Shown piece by piece: positions 9,796 to 18,555 of a DNA stretch of 32,000 nt (within the stretch, counting starts at the first letter, position 1; the number at the start of each line of letters is the position of its first letter). A program made the translations under genes and the position numbers. Origin of the DNA: Candidatus Saccharimonadota bacterium (lineage in GTDB: Archaea > Micrarchaeota > Micrarchaeia > Micrarchaeales > Micrarchaeaceae); contig OY969114.1 of NCBI GenBank assembly GCA_963698035.1, positions 480,001 through 512,000 of the forward strand. Direction: 5' to 3'. Under the pieces are notes generated by a model. That model saw only the letters and a list, made by a program, of their open reading frames with translations. It was not told where the DNA came from and did not search any database.

Positions 9796-10805
9796 ATGTT
9801 GGCAGACCAAGGCGAAGAGGACTTCATAGCGAAGCTGGCGGTTGTCGGTGTTGGCGGTCAGGGAACTAACCTGGTGAACAGGTTGTACAACTCCGGGATA
9901 CGGAGCGCCGTAACGATATCCATTAATACCGATTCCAAGCACCTCAACATGGTCAAAGCCGATAAGAAGCTGCTGCTCGGCAAGAGCATAACCCACGGAT
10001 TGGGGGCAGGTGGCTTCCCAGAGGTCGCGATGAAGTGCGCCGAGGCTGACAGCAACGAGATCACAAAGCTCCTTGAGGGCTACGACATGATCTTCGTTAC
10101 AGCTGGCATGGGAGGCGGAACAGGAGGCGGAGCCGGACCGTCGATCGCAAGGATCGCAAAGGAGACCGGCGCGCTCGTTGTCGCCTTTGTCACATATCCA
10201 TTTGCGCTTGAGAGGAGCAGGAGGGTAAAGGCCGACTGGTCGATTGAACAGATGAGCAAGTACGCAGACACTACGATCGTGATAGAGAACGACAGGCTTC
10301 TCAGCTACGCACCAAACCTGCCGATGGACAAGGCGTTCGAGCTGATAGACAACGTCGCGTGCAACGCAGTGAAGGGCATAGCGGACACGATAATGCTGCC
10401 AAGCCTGATTAACTTGGACTTCGCTGATATAAGGGCGGTGATGGGTAATGCGGGCACCGCAGTGATAAACCTCGGGGTGGGATCGGGGGCCGACAAGGTA
10501 GAAGCTGCAGTAAGGTCGACGCTGAACCATCCAATGATGAACGTATCGCTTGAAGGATCCAAGAGCGCCATGGTCCATGTGACAGGGGGACCTCGCTCAC
10601 CATCCAGGAAGCCACCCAGATAGGGGAAGGGGTCACCGAAGGGCTTGACTCAAAGGCCAATGTAATATTCGGCGCAAGGCTCGTTCCCGAGCTGAAGGAT
10701 CAGATAAGGGTCATGTCGATCGTGACAGGGGTAACTCCGAAGTTAGGGATGGGAATAAAGCGCGAAGGAGTAGCCCAAATGGACCTGAACATAGGAATTC
10801 TCTAA
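9796..10805 (+). CDS. ftsZ: Cell division GTPase FtsZ (paralog 2), reading frame interrupted at a G5 run
   Basis: From the ATG at 9796: 'GVGGQGTNLVNRL', 'GMGGGTGGGAGP', 'NLDFADIRAVM'. The frame stops at 10623, but FtsZ homology ('TSLTIQEATQIGEGVTEGLDSKANVIFGARLVPELKDQIRVMSIVTGV') continues in the next frame from 10590 to the stop at 10803-10805. The switch is at GGGGG 10585-10589. Confidence 0.9.
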
Positions 10806-10888
10806 TAATTGTAAAAATTCTCAGCCCTCCCAACGCAGAGTTTATAAATGCGAGAGCAGAAACTAAACTGCTATTTTGCGGTGAACGG

Positions 10889-11293
10889 ATGGGCGATGAC
10901 ACAACCTTTGTATCGATGAAGGACATACGCATAGGAAGGTATGTGCTCATAGATGGGGTGCCATGCAGGATTGTGGATATTGAGACCAGCGCGCCAGGCA
11001 AGCATGGCTCAGCGAAGATGAGGGTCACCGGCATAGGGATGTTCGAGGGGCAGAAGAGGACCCTGCTGAAGCCAAGCAGTGCAGATGCAGAAGCACCGGT
11101 AATAACCAAGAGGAAGGCGCAGGTCGTCTCTGTCACAGACTCGACAACGCAGGTCATGGATTCAGAGACGTACGAGGTTTACGATCTCCCAATAACAGAA
11201 GACTTCAAGGGCAAGATCAAGCCCGGAATGGAGGTTGAGGTAATAGAGGCGATGGGCAGGAAGGCTCTTTCCAGGACCCTTACAAACGAGTGA
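10889..11293 (+). CDS. Translation initiation factor 5A (aIF5A)
   Basis: 134 aa with the hypusine-site motif 'SAPGKHGSAKMRV'. OB-fold C-terminal half. Confidence 0.92.
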   Translation: MGDDTTFVSMKDIRIGRYVLIDGVPCRIVDIETSAPGKHGSAKMRVTGIGMFEGQKRTLLKPSSADAEAPVITKRKAQVVSVTDSTTQVMDSETYEVYDLPITEDFKGKIKPGMEVEVIEAMGRKALSRTLTNE

Positions 11294-11297
11294 GCAC

Positions 11298-11717
11298 ATG
11301 GAAATAAACATACAATCGGATACAAACAACCCAATGCTGCAGAGGAGGGAGATAAGCTTCGTTGTGCTGCAGGAGAGCAGCACCCCTCCAAGGGAGGAGC
11401 TCAAGAAGGAGATATGCAAGAAGCTGAACCTTGATCCCGATCTGACCGTACTGGTTGAGGTTAAGCAGGAGTACGGTTTGAGGCGCAGCGCAGGCAGGGT
11501 TCACTCATACAAAACAAAACAGCAGCTCGAGGCATCCGAGCCCAGGTACTTGATGGAAAGGGCCTCCAAGAAGGCGGCCAAGAAGGAAGCTGCAAAGGAA
11601 CAGGAGGTGCCAGCCCAGGAGAAGAAGGAAGGGAAAGCGGAGGAAAAGAAAGAGGAGAAGCCGAAAAAGGAGAAGGAGCAAAAGAAGGCCAAGGACATGG
11701 CCGATAAGGTTGGGTGA
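11298..11717 (+). CDS. rps24e: 30S ribosomal protein S24e with a K/E-rich C-terminal extension
   Basis: '[13 protein letters not shown]...' N-terminal pattern of S24e, followed by a ~45-aa lysine/glutamate-rich tail. Confidence 0.85.
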   Translation: MEINIQSDTNNPMLQRREISFVVLQESSTPPREELKKEICKKLNLDPDLTVLVEVKQEYGLRRSAGRVHSYKTKQQLEASEPRYLMERASKKAAKKEAAKEQEVPAQEKKEGKAEEKKEEKPKKEKEQKKAKDMADKVG

Positions 11718-11872
11718 TGCTGATGGCTGAGAAGAAAGGTAAGAGCGTAAAGGTATACAGGCCAGGAAGGCAGTGCCCCAAGTGCGGAAGGAGGATGGGT
11801 GAGCATGCAAACAGGCTTTCATGCGGGAAGTGCGGTTACACAGAATTCAAAGGCCACGACAAGAAGGTGTGA
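11717..11872 (+). CDS. rps27ae: 30S ribosomal protein S27ae (zinc ribbon)
   Basis: A 51-aa ORF absent from the ORF track because it is under 60 aa: [51 protein letters not shown]. CxxC-x14-CxxC and the conserved S24e-S27ae gene order. Its start overlaps the rps24e stop (TGATG). Confidence 0.85.
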   Translation: MLMAEKKGKSVKVYRPGRQCPKCGRRMGEHANRLSCGKCGYTEFKGHDKKV

Positions 11873-12555
11873 TGTTGCCTCGCAGAGCAAGAGGCAGAAA
11901 GCAGAAAAAAGAGAGCCCCCCTGTAAGGTGGCTGGTATATGCCCTATTCCTGGGCTTTGCTGCCATATTCCTGAGCTCGATAGCGCTCAACTATCTCGGA
12001 ATGCTTTCGCAATCCGATTTCCTTGTCTACGCGACAATAGCGCAATCGATGCTCTTCTCGTTCATCGTCTTCGTCTACCTCTCTGTAAGGGGCAAGACGC
12101 TCAAGCAGGCGATAAGTGAGCTGGGCCTCAATAGGAAGGCCCTCAATAGGAGCACGCTCTTTCTCGCGCTCCTGCTCTTCCTGGTGGTGCTCGCCCTCGA
12201 ATTCGGAATCGGGATATTTCAAGTGGTGACAGGAATACAGGTTCCAACGAACGTCCAGCAGGTATTTGCCGGTCTGCCCCTTTACTTCGTAGTATTCACG
12301 GTCGTGGTCGCTCCGATCAACGAAGAGATATTGTTCAGGGGATTCCTGGTGCCGAGGATAGGCATAATATTCAGCGCACTCATATTTGCAGCGCTGCACT
12401 ACCTCTCATACAATTCGATAGCGGAGTTCATTGCGGCGCTCATCTTCGGTCTGCTTGCAGGCTACGTGAGAGAGAGGTACAAGTCGCTTTATCCCTCAAT
12501 AATCGCACACGTCGCGATTAACCTCATAGGGATGCTGGCGCTTGCAATACTATAG
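11872..12555 (+). CDS. CPBP-family (CAAX-type) intramembrane glutamic protease
   Basis: Polytopic membrane protein with motifs 'PINEEILFRG' (EExxxR), 'FAALHY' (FxxxH) and 'IIAHVAIN' (HxxxN). The ATG at 11872 overlaps the rps27ae stop; the ORF-track start at 11821 lies inside rps27ae. Confidence 0.8.
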   Translation: MLPRRARGRKQKKESPPVRWLVYALFLGFAAIFLSSIALNYLGMLSQSDFLVYATIAQSMLFSFIVFVYLSVRGKTLKQAISELGLNRKALNRSTLFLALLLFLVVLALEFGIGIFQVVTGIQVPTNVQQVFAGLPLYFVVFTVVVAPINEEILFRGFLVPRIGIIFSALIFAALHYLSYNSIAEFIAALIFGLLAGYVRERYKSLYPSIIAHVAINLIGMLALAIL

Positions 12556-12563
12556 TTGATTGT

Positions 12564-13253
12564 ATGATGCCGAGAGTAGTGATCGTAGAGCCAATATACC
12601 AGATAAACCTGGGATACATAGCGAGGATCTCTAAGAACTTCGGTATAAAAAGGCTGAACCTTGTCAATCCAAAGTGCAAATATAAGGGGAAAGAGGCGAT
12701 AAAGTACTCCAAACATGCAAGGGAACTGCTCGAGAATGCGAAGCTCTTCGGGTCGATCGACTCAGCCGTAAAGGGCACATTCGTGCTTGGCACGACGGCG
12801 ATATGGAGGAAGACGGGGGAGGCGTTCTTCAATGTTTACCCGCTTGAGAGGTTCATGAAGCTCGTGAAGAAGAACAGGATACGTGACATATCAATACTTA
12901 TCGGAAGGGACAACATAGGCCTGACAAAGGCGGAGCTGGCAAAGTGCGATGCAACCATATTCATACCAGCATCTGATGATTATCCAGCCCTGAACATTTC
13001 TCATGCATTGGGCATACTGCTCTATGCGTTCTCATCGATGAACGTAAAGGACCAGGTCGGCAACGTGAGCGCGACCCCGGATGAGATAGAAAGGGTGAAG
13101 CTTCTGTTCACAAGGTTGATCGCAAAGAGGAAGGATATCCGTGACAAAAAGGCGGTGGCGATGTCGTTCGAGCACATACTGAAGAGGTCCAGCCCGACCA
13201 AGAAGGAGGCGAGCGCGCTCTCCGTAGCGCTCTCGCCAAAATATAATCGATGA
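12564..13253 (+). CDS. SPOUT-class RNA 2'-O-methyltransferase (TrmH/TrmJ-like)
   Basis: 'RVVIVEPIYQINLGYIARISKNFG' and the knot region 'ILIGRDNIGLTKAELAKCDATIFIP...ALNISHALGILLY'. Confidence 0.75.
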   Translation: MMPRVVIVEPIYQINLGYIARISKNFGIKRLNLVNPKCKYKGKEAIKYSKHARELLENAKLFGSIDSAVKGTFVLGTTAIWRKTGEAFFNVYPLERFMKLVKKNRIRDISILIGRDNIGLTKAELAKCDATIFIPASDDYPALNISHALGILLYAFSSMNVKDQVGNVSATPDEIERVKLLFTRLIAKRKDIRDKKAVAMSFEHILKRSSPTKKEASALSVALSPKYNR

Positions 13254-13302
13254 CTGCCCCACTGCAGCAGCTAGGCCCAATAAAAACCTGCAGGGAAAGC
13301 GA

Positions 13303-13677
13303 TTACTTCTGCGTTCCTCTCTTGCTCTTTATTATCTTTACCTTTGATGGAGTAAGCAGTATCTTCACTTCATCGAGCCTCGCTATGTCGCCGTTCGTCT
13401 TCACTATGTATTCCTTCAGCGTGTCGATTATACTCTTCAATGTCTGCGGCCTCTTCGCGAGGTCTGTTATGTTAAGCAGTATTATGTTCTTCCTCTGCAG
13501 CTCCCCCTCGATTACCGCTACGTCGGACTCGTCCTTCAGCGCGAGCGGTTTTATATAGAAGTCAGCAGGCTCATTCATTACGTCTACGTTCTCCATCTCT
13601 GCGGAATTCATATATTCCTCAACATCAAGGTCCTTAGATCCTCCCAGCACGCCTCCAAGTCTGTTTAAAATGCTCAT
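13303..13677 (-). CDS. sepF: SepF-like cell division protein (FtsZ membrane anchor)
   Basis: 124 aa. N-terminal amphipathic 'MSILNRLGGVLGG'. Core 'IKPLALKDESDVAVIEGELQRKNIILLNITDL...TNGDIARLDEVKILLTPSKVKI' follows the SepF/DUF552 pattern. Confidence 0.75.
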   Translation of the reverse strand: MSILNRLGGVLGGSKDLDVEEYMNSAEMENVDVMNEPADFYIKPLALKDESDVAVIEGELQRKNIILLNITDLAKRPQTLKSIIDTLKEYIVKTNGDIARLDEVKILLTPSKVKIIKSKRGTQK

Positions 13678-13817
13678 TCTTTCACCTTGTCGCCATTCGG
13701 TTATATATGCATGAGTGCTTTTTTAATACTTTCTCTTTTGCGGAAGTGAAATCCTGCACCGTTAGGCAGTTCAAGAAGAAAGTTTTAAAGCACATAGTGG
13801 TTATACTATATGGTCTA

Positions 13818-14195
13818 ATGATCAAGATAAAGCGGGTTTATGAGAAAATAGACGTCCGTGACGGCGAGAGGGTACTGGTTGATAGGATGTGGCCCAGGGG
13901 GATACGCAGGAGCACCTCCCACATAGACATCTGGGTAAAGAACATAGGCCCGAGCACCGAACTCCGCAAATGGTATTCCCACGACCCGAAGAAGTGGGCG
14001 CGCTTCAGGTCGAGGTACATTGCCGAGCTGAAGCAGAACCGGACGATGAACAAGCTCATGCAGATAGTCATGAATGCGGACCCTGTCACCTTCGTATATT
14101 CGTCAAAGGACACGAGGCGCAACAACGCGGTCGTGCTGGCAGGTATCGTGAACCGCCTCCTCGCGAGGCAGCAAAAGCAGCAGACCGATCGGTGA
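13818..14195 (+). CDS. DUF488 (YeaO-like) family protein
   Basis: 'IKRVYE...GERVLVDRMWPRGI...IDIWVKNIGPSTELRKWYSHDPKKWARFRSRYIAEL...NNAVVLAGI' matches the DUF488 pattern. The ATG at 13818 is ~30 nt after the TATA-like GTTTTAAAG. Confidence 0.7.
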   Translation: MIKIKRVYEKIDVRDGERVLVDRMWPRGIRRSTSHIDIWVKNIGPSTELRKWYSHDPKKWARFRSRYIAELKQNRTMNKLMQIVMNADPVTFVYSSKDTRRNNAVVLAGIVNRLLARQQKQQTDR

Positions 14196-14199
14196 TGGC

Positions 14200-14574
14200 C
14201 TGCTCTACTCAATAATAGATACAAGCAGCATCCTTTTCGGGATGTCCGTCAGGAAGGACGTCTTCGAGTGCGTTAAGATGAGGTTCCCAATGAACAGCCC
14301 GCTTGTCTCACGCGGGGTACTCCGTGAGCTGGAAAGGATATCAAAAAACAGGAACGCGAGGGGCGCATCCGCGAGGGCCGCGCTCGCGCTGATAAAGGCC
14401 AAGAGGGTAAAGATCGAGTCCAACCCGGGATATGTCGACTCGTGGATTGCCCGTGCAGCAGCAAGGTATAATAATTCAATTGTAGTAACTAATGATACGG
14501 CTTTATTCAGGAAATTAAAGGCGGCCGGAACCAACGTATTCAGGCTCTCAAAGAGCGGAATCCTAAAAAGATAG
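14200..14574 (+). CDS. Fcf1/Utp24-like PIN-domain protein (the conserved archaeal neighbour of rpo7); start codon unresolved
   Basis: The ORF-track start is the ATG at 14242. PIN homology, including the catalytic-Asp segment 'LLYSIIDTSSILFG', extends upstream in frame to ~14200 with no in-frame ATG/GTG/TTG. C-terminal 'IVVTNDTALFRKLKAAG' is PIN-typical. Confidence 0.65.
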   Translation: MLYSIIDTSSILFGMSVRKDVFECVKMRFPMNSPLVSRGVLRELERISKNRNARGASARAALALIKAKRVKIESNPGYVDSWIARAAARYNNSIVVTNDTALFRKLKAAGTNVFRLSKSGILKR

Positions 14575-14582
14575 GTGTCAGA

Positions 14583-15161
14583 GTGTACAGCATCTATACC
14601 GTAAAAGACACATTTAAGATGCCTCCGGAGCATTTCGGCGATGACATAGAGAAGGTAGCCGCGCAGATACTGCAGATGAAGTACGAGGGCAGGATCGACC
14701 GCGACATGGGTGTCATCGTAACGGTATTCAACGTAAGGGGCATAGGCGACGGCGTGATATATCCTGGGGATCCATCGACCCACCACGATGCAGAGTTCGA
14801 TGTGCTATCGTACATGCCGCAGGTCGGGGAGGTGATATCCGGTGAGGTCACCGAGTTGGTGGAATTCGGCGCATTCGTTAGGATAGGCCCCATGGACGGC
14901 CTTGTCCACGTATCGCAGATTGCAGGCGATTTCCTAACCTTGGACAAGAAGAACCAGGCGTTCGTCTCGAGGAAGAACAACATAAGCCTCAAGAAGGGAG
15001 ACGCAGTCTACGCAAAGGTATCGACCGTGAGCATGAAGAACACGATAAAGGACTCGAAGATAGCGCTTACAATGAAGCCCGAGGGGCTAGGAAAGCCGGA
15101 ATGGGCCGGCACCCTTGCGAAGGCGAGGTCGAAGAGGCCAGGAGGCTCCAGGAAGAGATGA
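14583..15161 (+). CDS. rpo7: DNA-directed RNA polymerase subunit E' (Rpo7)
   Basis: GTG start. N-terminal Rpb7-like domain 'VKDTFKMPPEHFGDD...' and S1 domain 'GEVISGEVTELVEFGAFVRIGPMDGLVHVSQI'. Confidence 0.9.
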   Translation: MYSIYTVKDTFKMPPEHFGDDIEKVAAQILQMKYEGRIDRDMGVIVTVFNVRGIGDGVIYPGDPSTHHDAEFDVLSYMPQVGEVISGEVTELVEFGAFVRIGPMDGLVHVSQIAGDFLTLDKKNQAFVSRKNNISLKKGDAVYAKVSTVSMKNTIKDSKIALTMKPEGLGKPEWAGTLAKARSKRPGGSRKR

Positions 15162-15165
15162 GAAG

Positions 15166-15357
15166 ATGGAAGAGAAAGCATGCAGGGTCTGCAGGATCGT
15201 AGTGAAGTACACCGATACCTGTCCGATATGCGGGTCCAAGGACCTAACAGACAAGATGGGAGGCTACATCATAATACTCAACGCGGAGCAGTCTGCGATT
15301 GCAAAGAAGATGAACTTCAAGATGAACAGCGTCTATGCTCTTGACATAAAGAGCTGA
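15166..15357 (+). CDS. spt4: Transcription elongation factor Spt4 (RNAP subunit E'')
   Basis: 63 aa from the ATG at 15166. Zinc ribbon 'CRVCRIV...CPICGS'. Canonical position immediately after rpo7. Confidence 0.85.
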   Translation: MEEKACRVCRIVVKYTDTCPICGSKDLTDKMGGYIIILNAEQSAIAKKMNFKMNSVYALDIKS

Positions 15358-16086
15358 TTATTCCTTACTTTTTCCTTCTTCAGCAGTTTCGGGATTGCCC
15401 TCCCTTGTCATCTCTGCTTTGTCGTACTCCTCCTTTACTTCCACCTTGTCGAAGTCCTTCATCATGGTAAGCACTGATGCGACTAGGTTGGTCTTTCCTA
15501 TGAAGTAGTCAGCGCTCTTCTTGAACTTGCTGTCGTATCCTATCTCGACGACCTTGTCATGCACAGAGACCGACGTCGGCTTCGCGCCGTAGCTCCTGCC
15601 GAGCGCCTCTATCTTTGCTTTCTCATCGGTTATGTTCCTCACGACCTTAACTTCGTAGACTATGTCCCTGCCGGCGTAGGGGTGGTTCGCATCAACCACG
15701 ACCCTTCCCGAATTAACGCTCTTTATAGTTGCGACGGTATTCTCAATCTCGATTCTCATTCCCGGGTGCGGGTCTATGTCCTTGGCGCGGAAGTCGGATA
15801 GCGGCATGACCCTAACCAGCTCCTCCATCCTGTTTCCGAATGCGTCATCCGGCTTGAAGGTGAACCTCTTCTGGTCACCAACGCTCATGTTCCTGAGCTC
15901 CCTGTCGAGCCCCCTTATCACGCTGTTCGACCCGAGTATGACAAGCGATGGGCCGTATATGGTGCCCTTCTCGTGTAGGTCGGCGTCCTTGGCCATCTTC
16001 TCGTTCGTAGTCGCTATCAGCTCGTTGGTGGCAGCATCCCACGCACTATAGTCTACCTCTAGAAAATCCCCCTCCTTGAAAGCCAT
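15358..16086 (-). CDS. Long-type FKBP peptidyl-prolyl cis-trans isomerase (SlyD-like IF insert plus C-terminal domain)
   Basis: 'GDFLEVDYSAW', 'VIRGLDRELRNMSVGDQKRFTFKPDDAFG', 'VVVDANHPYAGRDIVYEVKVV' (the FKBP 'DFNHPLAGK'-type motif). Confidence 0.85.
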   Translation of the reverse strand: MAFKEGDFLEVDYSAWDAATNELIATTNEKMAKDADLHEKGTIYGPSLVILGSNSVIRGLDRELRNMSVGDQKRFTFKPDDAFGNRMEELVRVMPLSDFRAKDIDPHPGMRIEIENTVATIKSVNSGRVVVDANHPYAGRDIVYEVKVVRNITDEKAKIEALGRSYGAKPTSVSVHDKVVEIGYDSKFKKSADYFIGKTNLVASVLTMMKDFDKVEVKEEYDKAEMTREGNPETAEEGKSKE

Positions 16087-16185
16087 AGAATTACCGTTGA
16101 TAGAGCTAATATTGGCGAAATACCTATAAAAAGCCTCTCCAAATAATATATATAAGCGATCCTGCTGTTTTTACGGATTGGTGGT

Positions 16186-16827
16186 ATGGTCATGTCAGAG
16201 CAAGAGACAACGCAGGCGGCGCCGGAAAGCGGGCAAGAGAAGAAGATAACGAGAAAGCAGCTGCTTTTCCTGGTAGGCGCAGTCATAGTGGCGGTTATGT
16301 TCGTCAGCTCCTACGCAGCATTTGGCAGCGGCGGAGGCGTCAGCTCCGCCTCAACAAGCATAAAGCAGTCAACCTACGTGGTCTTCGGCAGCGCGAATGC
16401 GGTAGTGACTGGATACATGAACAGCATAACACTGATAGTCAAGCAGGGCAACGTCACGGGCACCATAAACCAGACCCTGTCGGGTCTGGAGGCTAACAGC
16501 TCGATAAATGATTACATACTGGCGTCCGGCACTTTCGTTATATACGCGTCGAAGTCAAATCCCTACCAGCTGCAGCAGCTCTTCCTATCGAAGCTGCCTC
16601 CAAACTCCATAGCGGTAAATGCGACCGAGAGGATTGCGATACCAAATGTCATCGCCCTCGGCCCACAGCCGCTAAGCGTATACACCAACATGACAAATTT
16701 CACCCTCTCGGTTGCAAGGCTGCAGCCACTCGGTGGCAACCTTACCGTCAGCGTTCAGGCTCTCGTATTTGAGAAGGGGCTCAATTGGTTCATATATCAG
16801 AACAACATTCAGGTATCTGAGGCATGA
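16186..16827 (+). CDS. Membrane-anchored extracellular protein, sequon-rich
   Basis: Charged N-terminus, single TM 'LLFLVGAVIVAVMFVSSYAAF', and multiple N-x-S/T sites. Overlaps the gltX start by 4 nt. Confidence 0.55.
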   Translation: MVMSEQETTQAAPESGQEKKITRKQLLFLVGAVIVAVMFVSSYAAFGSGGGVSSASTSIKQSTYVVFGSANAVVTGYMNSITLIVKQGNVTGTINQTLSGLEANSSINDYILASGTFVIYASKSNPYQLQQLFLSKLPPNSIAVNATERIAIPNVIALGPQPLSVYTNMTNFTLSVARLQPLGGNLTVSVQALVFEKGLNWFIYQNNIQVSEA

Positions 16828-18543
16828 GAATGGATAGCAATGTCAGCGATGTAATCAGGAAGTACGCGATAAAGAACGCGCACGATTATGGCAAGGCCGA
16901 TGCAGGCAGCGTGCTCGGCAAGGTGATCCCCACGGCGAAGGGCGCGCCTCTCCACGAACTGAAGATAGAGGTGAGCAGGATAGTTCGAGAGGTGAACCTA
17001 CTAAGTAGAGCAGAGATGGAAGAGGCGTACAAGCCCTTCAGTGCCGAGTTTGAGAAAAAGGCCGAGGAAACCTTCAGGAAGACCGAGAAGCCCAGGCTGG
17101 TGATAGAGGGCGCAGAGGAAGGAAAGGTGATTACAAGGATGCCACCTGGCCCAAGCGGCTACATGCACATAGGACATGTAAAGCAGGCATTTCTGAGCGA
17201 GGAGGCTGCAAAGATTTACAATGGTAAGTTCTACAGGTACTTTGACGATACGAATCCAGAGAAGTGCGAGCAGCGGTATGTTGACGAGATGATAAAGGAC
17301 CACAGATGGCTGGGGCTGAAGTTCGATAAGACCTACTATGCTAGCGACTTTGTGGATAAGATGTACCCGTATGCCAGAAGGATGATCGAAAAAGGTAAGG
17401 CATACGTATGCATGTGTTCAAAAGAGGAGATAAAAAAGAGGAGGTTTGAAGGCCGGGAGTGCGACCACAGGAAGCAGCTCGCGAAGGAGAACCTCGAACT
17501 ATTCGAAGGCATGCTGAACGGGGAGTTCAGGGAGGGACAGGCAGTTGTAAGATACAAGGGGGACATGTCCTCACTCAACTACAACCTCCAGGATCCGGTA
17601 CTGCTCAGGATAGTCGAAACAGCGCATTACAGAGCGGGAAACAAATACAAGGTTTGGCCCGTATACGATTTCAATACTCCCATAGTAGATTCGTTACAGG
17701 GAGTTACAGATGTAATACGGAGCAAGGAGTATGAGCTTCATGACGAGCTGGGGAGGCAACTGCTTCAGGCTCTCGGCCTGAGAATGCCGAGATTCCACCT
17801 AGAAGCTAGGCTCAACATAAAAGGGAATATAACAAAGAAGAGAGTCATTAAGCAGCTTATCGATGAGAAAAAGGTTGAGGGATGGGACGACCCGCGGCTG
17901 TTGACAATAATATCGCTGAGGAGGCGTGGCATAATGCCAGAGGCGATAAGGAACTTTGTCATGCGCCTCGGGATGACCAAGACCGACAGCTTCGTGCCAT
18001 TGGACATGCTACTAGCTGAGAACAAGAGGGTGATAGATCCAATTGCCAAGCACCTCTTCTTTGTTGCAGATCCTGTGAAGGTCACGGTAAGCGGTGCAGG
18101 AAATGTGGATGCAAAGCTGAGGCTGCACCCAACCAAGGACTTCGGCTTCAGGGAGTACAATGTTGGAGATATCTTCTACATAAGCAAGGAAGATGCAGAT
18201 GCTTTGAAGGTAGGCGAGGTAATAAGATTGAAGGATCTAATGGACGTGAAGATACTGCAGAGAGGGGGGTCAATCAAAGCAGAGAGGTGCGAAGGCGGAG
18301 CAGGAGGGAAGATAATACAGTGGGTATCAAAGAAGAAACTGCAGGAGGTGCGAGATCCTTGTCCCAGGTCCCATAGTCGATGATAACGAGAACTTCAACC
18401 CGAACAGCCTGCAGAGAGTAGCAGGATTTGTCGAAAGTTACATAAAGAAACTAAAGGCACGCGAGATAGTGCAATTCGAGAGGTTCGGATACTGCGTGCT
18501 TGACAGGAAGAGGCCGCTACAGTTCATCTACATATCTAGATAG
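16824..18543 (+). CDS. gltX: Glutamyl-tRNA synthetase (archaeal type), reading frame interrupted near the C-terminus
   Basis: 'PPGPSGYMHIGHVKQAF' (HIGH) and the conserved catalytic core. The frame ends at 18383 ('...QWVSKKKLQEVRDPCPRSHSR*'). The canonical GluRS C-terminus 'EILVPGPIVDD...REIVQFERFGYCVLDRKRPLQFIYISR*' is read in the +1 frame from ~18349 to 18543. Confidence 0.9.
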
Positions 18544-18555
18544 CGGTTGCTTCCG

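Noticed and set aside
9015-10660. Long minus-strand ORFs (172, 180, 261, 88 and 83 aa) antisense to the two ftsZ genes
   Set aside because: They lie opposite strongly supported FtsZ coding sequence and have low-complexity, Arg/His/Pro/Ser-rich compositions typical of shadow ORFs. No motifs were found.
11461-11822. Three overlapping minus-strand ORFs (101-106 aa) rich in Leu/Phe/Ser/Pro
   Set aside because: They are the antisense reading of the K/E-rich (AAG/GAA repeat) tail of S24e and of S27ae, and so are a low-complexity artefact.
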